Shown piece by piece: positions 10,446 through 20,054 of a DNA stretch of 59,268 nt. The stretch is from an uncultured bacterium. Lineage in GTDB: Bacteria; Electryoneota; Tariuqbacteria; Tariuqbacterales; Tariuqbacteraceae. A program made the position numbers and the translations under genes. Each line of letters opens with the position of its first letter. The first letter of the stretch is position 1. Below the pieces are notes generated by a model, which did not search any database, was not told the origin of the DNA, and was given only the letters and a program-made list of their open reading frames with translations. The DNA lies in contig CAYQZD010000001.1 in NCBI GenBank assembly GCA_964421875.1, positions 3,935 to 63,202 of the forward strand. Direction: 5' to 3'.

Positions 10446-10919
10446 ATGTCCGATTTTGCATTAGGCTCCCCCGCCCCGGATTTCACCCTCGAATCCAGCG
10501 AAGGCGGAACCTTCGCCCTCAGCGCGCATCTTGGAAAAATCGTAGTCCTCTATTTTTACCCTAAGGACAACACCTCCGGATGCACCAAAGAAGCCTGCGC
10601 CTTCCGCGATTTCAAGGGTGAATTCGATGCGGCCGGCGCGGAAATCTTCGGCGTCAGCCCCGATTCCCTGAAATCGCACGGGAATTTCTCTGGGAAATTC
10701 AACCTGAATTTCCCCCTGCTGTCCGACCCGGAACGGAAAGCGGCGGAACTTTACGGCGTTTTAAAGATGAAAAAGATGTACGGCAAAGAGCGCCTCGGCC
10801 TCGAACGCAGCACTTTTATCATCGACCCCCAAGGAAAATTCGCCGCGATTTACCGCAAGGTCAAGGTCGATGGGCATATTGAGCGGGTGTTGGAAGAGGT
10901 TAAGGGGATGGCGAGGTAA
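10446..10919 (+). CDS. bcp: Peroxiredoxin BCP/PrxQ
   Basis: VVLYFYPKDNTSGCTKEACAFRD active site; alternative start 10422. Confidence 0.95.
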   Translation: MSDFALGSPAPDFTLESSEGGTFALSAHLGKIVVLYFYPKDNTSGCTKEACAFRDFKGEFDAAGAEIFGVSPDSLKSHGNFSGKFNLNFPLLSDPERKAAELYGVLKMKKMYGKERLGLERSTFIIDPQGKFAAIYRKVKVDGHIERVLEEVKGMAR

Positions 10920-10976
10920 TTTAATTGACAGCGTTTTTATAAAGACATTTGAGAACAATACACTATAGGACAATAA

Positions 10977-12251
10977 ATGAATCATAGAATTGACGAACAA
11001 CGCTGCGCCTTTTGCGGCAAAACCACTTCTCAGGTGGCGGTGATGATTTCCAAAGGTAAACCTGACATACACACCGGTAAATCTGAAATAAACATCTGCG
11101 ACCAGTGCATCGAAGCTTCCCGCCAGATTATCAAACGCAGCCTGAAGAACCGCAGTAAGCGCCAAATCAAAGATTTCCCTATCCCCAGGCGTATTAAGGC
11201 TCAACTCGACCGCTATGTCATCGGCCAGGACCTGGCGAAAAAGCGGATTTCCGTGGCGGTTTACAACCATTACAAACGCATCAACTCCCGCCTGCTGGAC
11301 GACGACGTCGAACTGGAAAAGAGTAATATCCTCCTTCTCGGACCCACCGGAACCGGGAAGACTCTGCTGGCGGATACGCTGGCTCGCTTCCTCCAGGTAC
11401 CTTTCGCCATCGCCGACGCCACCACCTTGACCGAAGCGGGTTATGTGGGGGAGGACGTGGAAAACGTTCTGGTGCGTTTGCTGCAAGCCGCCGACTACGA
11501 TATCGAAGCGGCGGAGATGGGTATAATTTACATCGATGAGATAGACAAGATCGCCCGTAAAGAAATGAATATGTCCATCACCCGCGACGTCTCGGGCGAA
11601 GGGGTTCAGCAGGCTTTGCTGAAACTGCTGGAAGGGACAGTGGCGTCGGTTCCGCCGGAAGGGGGACGGAAACACCCGGAGCAGAAGCTCATCAGCATCG
11701 ACACCCGCAACATTCTTTTCATCTGCGGCGGAGCCTTCGAAGGCATCCGGGATATCATTGGACGCAGAATCGGTAAAAACCGTTTGGGATTCGGAGCCAA
11801 GTCGGAGCGGGTGCAGTCGATGTCGCTTTACGAAATGCTGGTCAGCATCGAACCGGAAGACCTTTTGGAATTCGGGCTGATACCGGAACTCATCGGCCGC
11901 CTGGCGGTGACCTGCCCGCTGGGGGAATTGGATGAAGCCGCTCTGATGAAGATACTGACCCAGCCGAAAAACGCATTGGTAAAACAGTATAAAAAGCTGT
12001 TCGAAATGGAAGGAGTGAAACTGCATTTCGACAAGGATGCGCTGAAGGAGGTTGTGAAGCAGGTGATGAAAAAACGCACCGGGGCTCGAGCCCTGAGGAG
12101 CACTATGGAAAGGATAATGAACGATATAATGTTCAATATCCCTTCCCAGAAAGGGGTCAAAGAGGTCTCCATCACCAGAGGAGTGGTGACCGGCAAACGA
12201 AAACCCAAACTCACCAAAATAGAGGCTGAATCTCAAAAGATGATTGCCTGA
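10977..12251 (+). CDS. clpX: ATP-dependent Clp protease ATP-binding subunit ClpX
   Basis: CAFC..ICDQC zinc finger, [30 protein letters not shown] loop. Confidence 0.98.
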   Translation: MNHRIDEQRCAFCGKTTSQVAVMISKGKPDIHTGKSEINICDQCIEASRQIIKRSLKNRSKRQIKDFPIPRRIKAQLDRYVIGQDLAKKRISVAVYNHYKRINSRLLDDDVELEKSNILLLGPTGTGKTLLADTLARFLQVPFAIADATTLTEAGYVGEDVENVLVRLLQAADYDIEAAEMGIIYIDEIDKIARKEMNMSITRDVSGEGVQQALLKLLEGTVASVPPEGGRKHPEQKLISIDTRNILFICGGAFEGIRDIIGRRIGKNRLGFGAKSERVQSMSLYEMLVSIEPEDLLEFGLIPELIGRLAVTCPLGELDEAALMKILTQPKNALVKQYKKLFEMEGVKLHFDKDALKEVVKQVMKKRTGARALRSTMERIMNDIMFNIPSQKGVKEVSITRGVVTGKRKPKLTKIEAESQKMIA

Positions 12252-12290
12252 TAATGTTTAAGACGAGTATGTATTATCACGAGGTAGAAA

Positions 12291-14681
12291 ATGGCATCCG
12301 ATGAAAAACGAAAAGTGAAAAAGATACAATCCGAAACCATCCTATCCAACGACCAATCCCAAATCCCGAATGAACTGCCGGTCATCCCCCTGCGGGATGT
12401 AGTGGTGTTTCCTTTTATGATATTTCCCCTGCTGGCGGGAAGGTCGACCACGCAGAAGGCTGTGGAGGAATCTGTGCTGAAGGACAGGTTCGTCCTGCTG
12501 CTGGCGCAGAAAGAACCCGGGGTGGACGACCCCCGAAAAAAGGACCTCTACAGCATCGGGGTAGTGGCTCGGGTGCTGCAGGTTCTGCGCCTCCCCACAG
12601 GACTGGTGAAGATACTGATAGAGGGGGTGGAACGCGCCAGGGCTGACCGGGTGGTTTTCAACCGTAAGATCCTGCGGGCGCGGATAGAACTCCTGCCTGA
12701 AATGGAGTCCGAATCCGCTAAGCTGAAAGCCGCCGTCCGCAAAGTATCCAATATGTTTCGGGAGTTTGTGACTCTTAATACCTCTCTACCCGATGAACTG
12801 CAGTTGACCACCGACAATATTCAGGACGCCGGCAGGTTAGCGGATTTCATAGCTTCCCACATCCCCCTACCCCTGGAAAAACGTCAGGAAGTGCTGGAAA
12901 ATATCCATGTTTACCCAAGAATGATGCTGCTGGCAAGGTTCCTCACCGACGAAATTGAACTGCTGAAGCTGGAACACTCCATCGACACCCAGGTCAAGGA
13001 TAAAATCACCCGCTCCCAGCGTAATTTCTTCCTCCAGGAGCAGATGCGGATTATTAAAAAAGAGCTTGGTGAGGAGACCGAAGACGATTATTCCGACATC
13101 AAAGAATATAAAACCAAAATCCGCCGCGCCAAACTGCCCTCTGAACCCCGCCGAAAAGCGAAGGAAGAATTGGAAAAGCTGAAGCAGATGCCGATTATGT
13201 CGCCCGAAGCGGCTGTCATACGCGGCTATCTCGACTGGCTGGTGGCAATCCCCTGGTTCAAAAAAACCGAAGACAATCTGGACATAAACACCGCCCAGTC
13301 TATCCTGGACGAAGACCATTACGGTCTGGAAAAACCCAAAGAACGCATTTTGGAATACCTGGCGGTGATGAAGTTGGTAGAGCGGATGCGGGGCCAGATA
13401 ATCTGCTTCGCCGGGCCTCCCGGAACCGGTAAAACCTCTCTTGGAAGGTCCATCGCCCGCGCTTTAGGGAGAAAGTTCATCCGCGTCTCTCTGGGAGGCA
13501 TCCGCGATGAAGCGGAAATACGCGGCCACCGCCGCACCTACATCGGCTCTCTCCCCGGCAGAATTATCCAGCAATTGAAGCGCGCCGGGACGGTGAATCC
13601 TGTGTTCCTTCTGGACGAAGTGGATAAGATGGCCTCTGACTTTCGCGGCGATCCCGCTTCAGCGCTGCTGGAAGTGCTCGACCCCGAACAAAACAATGCC
13701 TTTTCAGACCACTATCTTGAAGTCGAATATGACCTTTCTCAGGTGCTGTTCATCACCACCGCCAATATGAAACACAATATCCCAGCGCCCCTGTTGGACC
13801 GGATGGAGGTCATCGACCTGCCGGGCTACCTCCGCTATGAGAAGTATATGATTGCCCGCGGATTTCTCCTCCCCAAAAACTTGAAGGAACACGGCATCGA
13901 GGGGAAATCCGTAGAATTCACCGACCAAGCCCTCTATAAGATAATCGACGACTACACCCGCGAAGCCGGCGTGCGGCAACTCGAACGCGCCATCGCTACC
14001 ATCTGCCGCAAAGTGGCGCGGGAAATGGTGCAGAAAGGTAAGAAGAGTTTCACCATCAGAACCGGCAACCTTGAGCGGTATCTTGGCGTCAGTAAATATA
14101 TAGAAAGGGAAATCGTCTCCGGGACCAGGGTCGGCGCCGCCAATGCCCTGGCTTGGACCTCCGACGGCGGCGATATTATGCGCATCGAAGTGGCGCTGAT
14201 GAAAGGCAAAGGAACGCTGACCCTCACCGGCCAACTGGGCGAGGTGATGAAGGAATCCGGCAAAGCGGCGCTGTCGTACATCCGCTCCATCGCCGACCGG
14301 TTCGGCCTGGAGGAGAAAGATTTCCTGAGACGGGAAGTGCATATCCACATCCCCGAAGGGGCGGTTCCCAAGGACGGACCTTCCGCCGGGATAGCGCTCA
14401 CCTTGGCGATGCTGTCAGCCTTCACCGGGAAGCCGGTTCCCGCGACCTACGGTTTCACCGGCGAAATCACACTGCGGGGGGAAATCCTCCCCATCGGAGG
14501 CTTGCCCCAGAAACTGATGGCAGCCAACCGCCTGGGCTTGAAAACCGTCTTCCTGCCTCGAAAAAACATAAAAGAAGTCAAGGAAATCCCCAAACCGGTG
14601 ACCAGACCCCTCGCTCTCAAGCCGGTGGACAGTTTCGATGAGGTGATGGCGGAGGTTTTCGGAAACGGGGATTCAGCATAG
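12291..14681 (+). CDS. lon: Endopeptidase La (Lon)
   Basis: LPVIPLRD N-domain, GPPGTGKT, DEAEIRGHRRTYIG, PKDGPSAG catalytic Ser. Confidence 0.98.
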   Translation: MASDEKRKVKKIQSETILSNDQSQIPNELPVIPLRDVVVFPFMIFPLLAGRSTTQKAVEESVLKDRFVLLLAQKEPGVDDPRKKDLYSIGVVARVLQVLRLPTGLVKILIEGVERARADRVVFNRKILRARIELLPEMESESAKLKAAVRKVSNMFREFVTLNTSLPDELQLTTDNIQDAGRLADFIASHIPLPLEKRQEVLENIHVYPRMMLLARFLTDEIELLKLEHSIDTQVKDKITRSQRNFFLQEQMRIIKKELGEETEDDYSDIKEYKTKIRRAKLPSEPRRKAKEELEKLKQMPIMSPEAAVIRGYLDWLVAIPWFKKTEDNLDINTAQSILDEDHYGLEKPKERILEYLAVMKLVERMRGQIICFAGPPGTGKTSLGRSIARALGRKFIRVSLGGIRDEAEIRGHRRTYIGSLPGRIIQQLKRAGTVNPVFLLDEVDKMASDFRGDPASALLEVLDPEQNNAFSDHYLEVEYDLSQVLFITTANMKHNIPAPLLDRMEVIDLPGYLRYEKYMIARGFLLPKNLKEHGIEGKSVEFTDQALYKIIDDYTREAGVRQLERAIATICRKVAREMVQKGKKSFTIRTGNLERYLGVSKYIEREIVSGTRVGAANALAWTSDGGDIMRIEVALMKGKGTLTLTGQLGEVMKESGKAALSYIRSIADRFGLEEKDFLRREVHIHIPEGAVPKDGPSAGIALTLAMLSAFTGKPVPATYGFTGEITLRGEILPIGGLPQKLMAANRLGLKTVFLPRKNIKEVKEIPKPVTRPLALKPVDSFDEVMAEVFGNGDSA

Positions 14682-14689
14682 ATTCTAAA

Positions 14690-14881
14690 GGTTCCTCGCT
14701 GTTTTGTATGGGTAGATAGACATTTGCATATTGTAAGAAATCCCCCCTGCCCCCCTTATTCTAAGGAGGGAATCAGAAAGTCCCCCTTTGGAAAAGGGGG
14801 ATATAGGGGGATTTGTTTTACAGACAAGCAAGCAGATTTCCTTGATAGAATCAGTTTACCCACACGATTCAGCGAAGAACC
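14690..14881. mobile_element. 192-bp non-autonomous MITE-like element with imperfect TIRs and 8-bp target-site duplication
   Basis: ATTCTAAA at 14682-14689 and 14882-14889; TIRs GGTTCCTCGCTGTTTTGTATGGGTAGAT / reverse complement GGTTCTTCGCTGAATCGTGTGGGTAAAC (21/28). Confidence 0.8.
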
Positions 14882-14951
14882 ATTCTAAATAAACTATGGA
14901 TAAAGAAATCCGTATATATTTTTATGAAAACAAATAACTTATAAAAACCGG

Positions 14952-15152
14952 ATGGCTATTATGAAAGGAATAAATTTTGTCGTAGATGAAACCGGTGAGC
15001 AAACTGCGGTTCTCATCGATTTGAAAGAACATCGGGAGCTGCTGGAGGACTTTTTTGACTCTTTGATTGCTAAAATGCGCGCGGAAGAACCCAGAATGGA
15101 GCTTGAGGCTGTGGAGAAAAGACTGAAATCCTTAGGAAAATTAAGCGCCTGA
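14952..15152 (+). CDS. Putative type II antitoxin
   Basis: 66 aa, INFVVDETGEQTAVLIDL motif and acidic centre; directly upstream of a RelE-type toxin. Confidence 0.75.
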   Translation: MAIMKGINFVVDETGEQTAVLIDLKEHRELLEDFFDSLIAKMRAEEPRMELEAVEKRLKSLGKLSA

Positions 15153-15414
15153 ATACAAGTTAGTGTTTGCAAAATCAGCGGTTAAGGAACTCGAGGCGCT
15201 AAACACCAGCCAGATAGATGTAATATTTCCAAGGATTAAAACTCTCCGCACAAATCCCAGACCTCGAGGCTGTAGGAAACTCCGTGATAGAAGCAATCTC
15301 TGGCGTATCCGCACTGGCGACTATCGGGTAATATATGCTATCGATGATAAAGTCAAACTTATCGATGTAATTGCAGTACGGCATCGAAAAGATGTTTATC
15401 GAAGAAAATTCTAA
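15145..15414 (+). CDS. relE: RelE/ParE (StbE-like) toxin; expected start position 15145 reads GCG, first canonical start is GTG 15163
   Basis: PEYKLVFAKSAVKELEAL...NPRPRGCRKL..WRIRTGDYRVIYAIDD...VRHRKDVYR. Confidence 0.85.
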   Translation, partial: APEYKLVFAKSAVKELEALNTSQIDVIFPRIKTLRTNPRPRGCRKLRDRSNLWRIRTGDYRVIYAIDDKVKLIDVIAVRHRKDVYRRKF

Positions 15415-15441
15415 AGTATTCCTATTTGTAAAGGACAACCA

Positions 15442-17724
15442 ATGCGAATCTTTATCACCACCGCCGCCATATTTTTTATCGCCTTTAGCGCAGGGGCGGT
15501 TAATCACCATAATCTCATCCAAGTTCCCATCACCTCCAAGACCACAATGGTCGATGTTCAATCGCTGGGAATGGATATCGTCCGCTATGACCGGGCGGAG
15601 GACTTCCTGGAACTGGTCGCCACTCCCGCCGATGAGGATGAACTGCTCGCCAATGGAATCGGTTTCAGCAGGATTATCGAAGACCTTGAAAGTTATTACG
15701 CCTCGCGATTGGACCCCTCCGAGCCTATGGGCGGGTACCACACCTTCAGCGAAGCGGTAACGGAAATCAACCTGCTTCACACTAATTTTCCCAACATTGT
15801 GGGGACGCCCTATTCCATCGGGCAGTCGATTCAGGGCAATGAACTGTGGGTGGTGAAAATTTCCGACAATCCGGAAATCGATGAAAACGAACCGGAAGTT
15901 TTCTACAACGGACTCATTCACGCCCGGGAGCCGATGGCGCTGGAAAACCTGCTCTACTTTATGCATTATCTCACTGATAATTACCCCTCCGACCCGGAAG
16001 TGGCTTACCTGGTGGAAAACCGGGAGATGTTTTTCCTGCCGGTCTTCAATCCCGACGGATACCTCTTAAACGAGCTGATTCAACCCGGCGGAGGCGGTAT
16101 GTGGCGTAAAAATTTACGGGACAACAACAATTCCGGCTTCTTTGAGCCTGACTTCGACGGTGTGGACCTCAACCGCAATTTCGGTTATATGTGGGGCTAC
16201 GACAACATCGGTTCCAGCCCCGACCCCGGCGACGAAACCTACCGCGGAACCGCGCCCTTCTCCGAACCGGAAACACAGGTCGTCCGCGATTTCGTCAATA
16301 GCCGTGAATTTACATTATGCTTGAACTATCATTCCTACGGCAACCTCTACATTCACGCCTGGGGTTACGATTATCTTTATACCGAAGACCACGACCTGTT
16401 CAGTGAGTTGGGGTGGAAGATGTCCGCTTATAATGATTACCTGGTGGGACCGGGATGGATGAACCTTTACACCACCAACGGCGGCGCCAACGACTGGATG
16501 TACGGCGACACCCTGCATTCGGTGATTTACAGCTATGTAGTGGAAATCGCTACCTGGCAGCAGGGCGGATTCTGGCCGCCGGAACAGCTTATCCTCCCTC
16601 TGAGCCAGGCTCAGCTTGAACCTAACCTGCTCATCGCCGGTTACGCCGACGACCCCCGCCGGGCGCTCCGTCCGCAAGCGCCGATAGTTACGCCTCTGGA
16701 TACCGTGACCGGCCCCTTCAACCTGACCTGGAATCCCAACACCGATCCCAGTAATCCCCCGGTCTCGTACGATGTGATCGAGCTCCGCGGCAGGTCTGTG
16801 ATTGTGAACAACCTGGAAACCAATCCCGACAGCGAATGGGTGATGGACGGTTTCCTCTGGAGCGCCTCCCGCTCCTATTCCGGCGACCGCAGTTTCTGGT
16901 CTAACGCCCAAAACAATTCGGTCACCATCGCCGCCGCCGCCGAAACCTATTCAGTCGATTCCGGCGACACCCTCACCTTTTGGACCTACTTTAACATCGA
17001 GGACGGCTGGGATTACGGCTATGTCCAGGTTTCCCGGGACGGCGGCTACGCTTTCACCTCGCTCGAAGGAAACATTACCACCAATACCAACCCTCACCAC
17101 GCGAATTTGGGCAACGGCATCACCGGCGTCTCCAACGGCTGGATCCGCGCCGAATTCGACATCTCGGCTTACGCTGGAGAGAACATCATCCTCAGGTTTA
17201 TCTATGTGACAGATGATTATACCCTGAACGAAGGCTGGTTCATCGACGATATCCATCCCTGGGTCAGCTACGGCGGCACAGCGCTCTTAGCGCAAAGCCA
17301 CCCCGACACCTTCCTCAATGTCGATCCCGGCTGCAATCCGGAGACCATCTACTACCGGGCGCGAGCCATTGACGGTGAAGAGGAAGTTTCATTTTGGAGC
17401 GCGCCGGAAGACGCGGTGGTAGATCCCCTTGGTGTCTCAGCGGGAAAAAAGGAGCTTCCCCGCAAATTCAATATAACGGGAATCCACCCCAATCCCTTCA
17501 ATCCTACTACCGTAGTGGAATTTCACACTGCGGCGCAGTCCCCCGCGAGCTTGGAACTCTTCGACATCGCCGGGCGGACGGTGAGGAGCATCCGTTTGGG
17601 AGTCCTGAACAGCGGGGAACACCGGTTAGAACTTGACTGTTCCGACCTGAACAGCGGCGTCTATCTCCTGCGCCTGCAAAGCGGCGTTGAAGTCTCCTCA
17701 CGTAAAGTGGTTCTGCTGAAATAA
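15442..17724 (+). CDS. Secreted M14 zinc carboxypeptidase (carboxypeptidase T-like) with immune-inhibitor-A/MAM-like domain and T9SS-type CTD
   Basis: IHARE, GVDLNRNF, YRGTAPFSEPET, NYHSY; IEDGWDYGYVQVS domain; HPNPFNP...KVVLLK. Confidence 0.9.
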   Translation: MRIFITTAAIFFIAFSAGAVNHHNLIQVPITSKTTMVDVQSLGMDIVRYDRAEDFLELVATPADEDELLANGIGFSRIIEDLESYYASRLDPSEPMGGYHTFSEAVTEINLLHTNFPNIVGTPYSIGQSIQGNELWVVKISDNPEIDENEPEVFYNGLIHAREPMALENLLYFMHYLTDNYPSDPEVAYLVENREMFFLPVFNPDGYLLNELIQPGGGGMWRKNLRDNNNSGFFEPDFDGVDLNRNFGYMWGYDNIGSSPDPGDETYRGTAPFSEPETQVVRDFVNSREFTLCLNYHSYGNLYIHAWGYDYLYTEDHDLFSELGWKMSAYNDYLVGPGWMNLYTTNGGANDWMYGDTLHSVIYSYVVEIATWQQGGFWPPEQLILPLSQAQLEPNLLIAGYADDPRRALRPQAPIVTPLDTVTGPFNLTWNPNTDPSNPPVSYDVIELRGRSVIVNNLETNPDSEWVMDGFLWSASRSYSGDRSFWSNAQNNSVTIAAAAETYSVDSGDTLTFWTYFNIEDGWDYGYVQVSRDGGYAFTSLEGNITTNTNPHHANLGNGITGVSNGWIRAEFDISAYAGENIILRFIYVTDDYTLNEGWFIDDIHPWVSYGGTALLAQSHPDTFLNVDPGCNPETIYYRARAIDGEEEVSFWSAPEDAVVDPLGVSAGKKELPRKFNITGIHPNPFNPTTVVEFHTAAQSPASLELFDIAGRTVRSIRLGVLNSGEHRLELDCSDLNSGVYLLRLQSGVEVSSRKVVLLK

Positions 17725-17735
17725 GCTATCATATA

Positions 17736-18025
17736 GTAGGGGCGGTTCGCGAACCATCCTTATAAATTGCCCTATATTGATATCTTTACGCCCCAGAGTC
17801 CCCGCACTCTGTCTAAGGATATGTCATGCTGAGCGAAGCGGAGCATCTGCATTTTCGTATGTCATTTATAAACAAGAGATTCTTCACTAAGTTCAGAATG
17901 ACATAATACGAAAACTGGTGCTCTCGGACGGACTGTCCGCATACTGCGGCAAATAAACTTACACCGCGCAAGACAAAAAAGCAGCATATAACACATATGC
18001 AAATATGTAAACATATACATATCAT
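17736..18025. repeat. Mosaic of GTAG-REP, CAGAGTCCCCGCACTCTG, GTCATGCTGAGCG..CAGAATGAC and 8-mer tandem repeats
   Basis: Each unit has relatives elsewhere in the window. Confidence 0.75.
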
Positions 18026-18037
18026 ATAAGGAATCAT

Positions 18038-19681
18038 ATGCTCCCGGTTTTTACTGCGCAAGAAATGGCGGAATTGGATCGGAGGGTCATCGACGATTTG
18101 GGACTCCCCGGTATGGTCTTGATGGAAACAGCGGCTCGCGGAGTTTTCAGCGCTGCGCTGGAATTACTCTATGAAGAATACGGCGCCGCAATCCCCATAC
18201 TCGACATCCTGGATGAATCGGAGGAGGAATCTGATTGCGATTGTGAATACTTCGCCGACCTCCCGGCAAAACATATCGCGCTGGGCCGGAAAATTAAAAT
18301 CTACTGCGGCAAAGGAAATAACGGCGGTGACGGATTGGCGGCAGCCCGGATGCTGGACAGCGCCGGAGCCGAAGTGGAAGTGGCGCTGCTGGCGCGCGGG
18401 GAAGATTTGACCGGAGACGCCCGCGCCAATTATGAACTTGCAGTCAAGCTCGAAATCCCCCTTATCGAGGAAGCGAGAGGGGAGGAACTCATCGTCCCCG
18501 ACCACTGTCATCTGGTGATCGACGCCCTGCTAGGAACCGGGATTTCCGGCGAAGCCAAAGGGACCATCGCCGAAGCCATTGAAGAAATCAACGACGCTCC
18601 CTGCCCCGTCATCTCGATTGACATCCCCTCCGGCGTGGAAGGTTCCACCGGAAAAGCCGAAGGTCCTGCGGTCTCCGCCGACGCCACTGTCACCATGGCA
18701 GCCCTCAAGCGGGGCTTGGCGCTCAGCCCCGGCAGGGAACTCGCCGGAGATGTTTCCATCGTCGATATCGGCGCACCGGAAAAGGTCCTCCAAGAATACA
18801 AACCCTATCTCTGGCAGGTCGAAGCTCACGATGTATTGGAAATGCTCCCCGCCCGCGTTGAAGACACGCACAAAGGGGAATGCGGCAGGGTGTTCATCAT
18901 CGCCGGTTCGCGCGGCTTGACCGGCGCAGCCTGTATGTCCGCCCAGGCCTGTGTGAAATCAGGAGCCGGGCTGGTAGTGCTGGGACTGCCCGAATCGCTG
19001 AACCATATCGCGGAAATCAAGCTGACCGAAGCGATGTCTGTCCCCCTGCCGGAAACCGAGGATGGTTCGCTCGCCGCCGATGCCTGGGACGAAATCCAAC
19101 GGCGCTTGGAATGGGCCAATACCTGCGTTATCGGGCCGGGACTGTCCCGCAACGAAAAAACGCTGCAACTGGCGCGGAACATCATCGCCGGACTTAAAAT
19201 CCCCGCTGTTATCGACGCCGACGCCCTTTTCGCCCTGGCGAGTTCTCAAGATTCCCTGAATAACCTCCCCGAAAACGCCATCCTCACCCCCCACATTGGC
19301 GAATTCGCCCGCCTGGTGAACCTCAGCCCGGACGAAATCAGAGAAAGCCGCATCGAAATCGCCCGAGAAAAAGCCGCGAAATGGAACTGCGTCATCCTGC
19401 TTAAAGGCTCCCCTACTCTGACCGCTGCCCCCGACGGCTCAGTTTACCTCAATCCCACCGGAAACTCCGGGATGGCTACCGGCGGAGTGGGAGATGTGCT
19501 CTCCGGAGCGCTGGCGGCGCTGCTGGGACAGGGCGCTAATCCGATGGCGGCTGCGGTCGCCGGAGCCTATATTCACGGCTCAGCGGGAGACCTCGCCGCC
19601 GAGGAGGAGGGGATATTTTCCCTGGCGGCGGCGGACATTACCTTCAGCTTAGGGCAAGCTTTCAGGATGTTCGGATGCTGA
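18038..19681 (+). CDS. nnr: Bifunctional NAD(P)HX epimerase/dehydratase (NnrE-NnrD)
   Basis: LMETAA, GKGNNGGDG, DALLGTG, HKGECG, IDADA, LTPHIGEFARL, ATGGVGDVLSG. Confidence 0.95.
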   Translation: MLPVFTAQEMAELDRRVIDDLGLPGMVLMETAARGVFSAALELLYEEYGAAIPILDILDESEEESDCDCEYFADLPAKHIALGRKIKIYCGKGNNGGDGLAAARMLDSAGAEVEVALLARGEDLTGDARANYELAVKLEIPLIEEARGEELIVPDHCHLVIDALLGTGISGEAKGTIAEAIEEINDAPCPVISIDIPSGVEGSTGKAEGPAVSADATVTMAALKRGLALSPGRELAGDVSIVDIGAPEKVLQEYKPYLWQVEAHDVLEMLPARVEDTHKGECGRVFIIAGSRGLTGAACMSAQACVKSGAGLVVLGLPESLNHIAEIKLTEAMSVPLPETEDGSLAADAWDEIQRRLEWANTCVIGPGLSRNEKTLQLARNIIAGLKIPAVIDADALFALASSQDSLNNLPENAILTPHIGEFARLVNLSPDEIRESRIEIAREKAAKWNCVILLKGSPTLTAAPDGSVYLNPTGNSGMATGGVGDVLSGALAALLGQGANPMAAAVAGAYIHGSAGDLAAEEEGIFSLAAADITFSLGQAFRMFGC

Positions 19682-20049
19682 TTAATCCCGGCGGAAGTTT
19701 CACCAGGCTCTACCTGCCGGCGCTCTTATATATGGCGTTGATTTTCACCCTCTCCAGTTTCCACACTCTGCCCCTGCAGCAAATAGACCAAATTTCGCTG
19801 GATAAGATCTACCACTGCCTCGAATATGCGGTTCTGGGATATCTGCTCACCCGATTGCTGGAGCAGGGCTGGCGTATGCAGGGATTTACAATGTTCCTAC
19901 TCGCCGCTTCGTTCGGCATTGCCTTCGCTTTATCGGACGAAATCCACCAAATCTTCGTCCCCGGCAGGTTCTTCTCCTACTGGGACATCGCCGCCGACAG
20001 CCTGGGCGCAGTGGCGGGGTGCTGGATTTATCTCAAACTGAGGTTTTGA
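19675..20049 (+). CDS. VanZ-family membrane protein
   Basis: DKIYHCLEYAVLG and SDEIHQIFVPGR..D..AD motifs. Confidence 0.9.
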   Translation: MLINPGGSFTRLYLPALLYMALIFTLSSFHTLPLQQIDQISLDKIYHCLEYAVLGYLLTRLLEQGWRMQGFTMFLLAASFGIAFALSDEIHQIFVPGRFFSYWDIAADSLGAVAGCWIYLKLRF

Positions 20050-20054
20050 TAGTT

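Noticed and set aside
10761-12236. 491-aa minus-strand ORF, and similar long antisense ORFs at 8070-9032, 27196-27927 and 36462-37529
   Set aside because: Shadows of well-supported genes on the opposite strand in GC-rich DNA; no motifs
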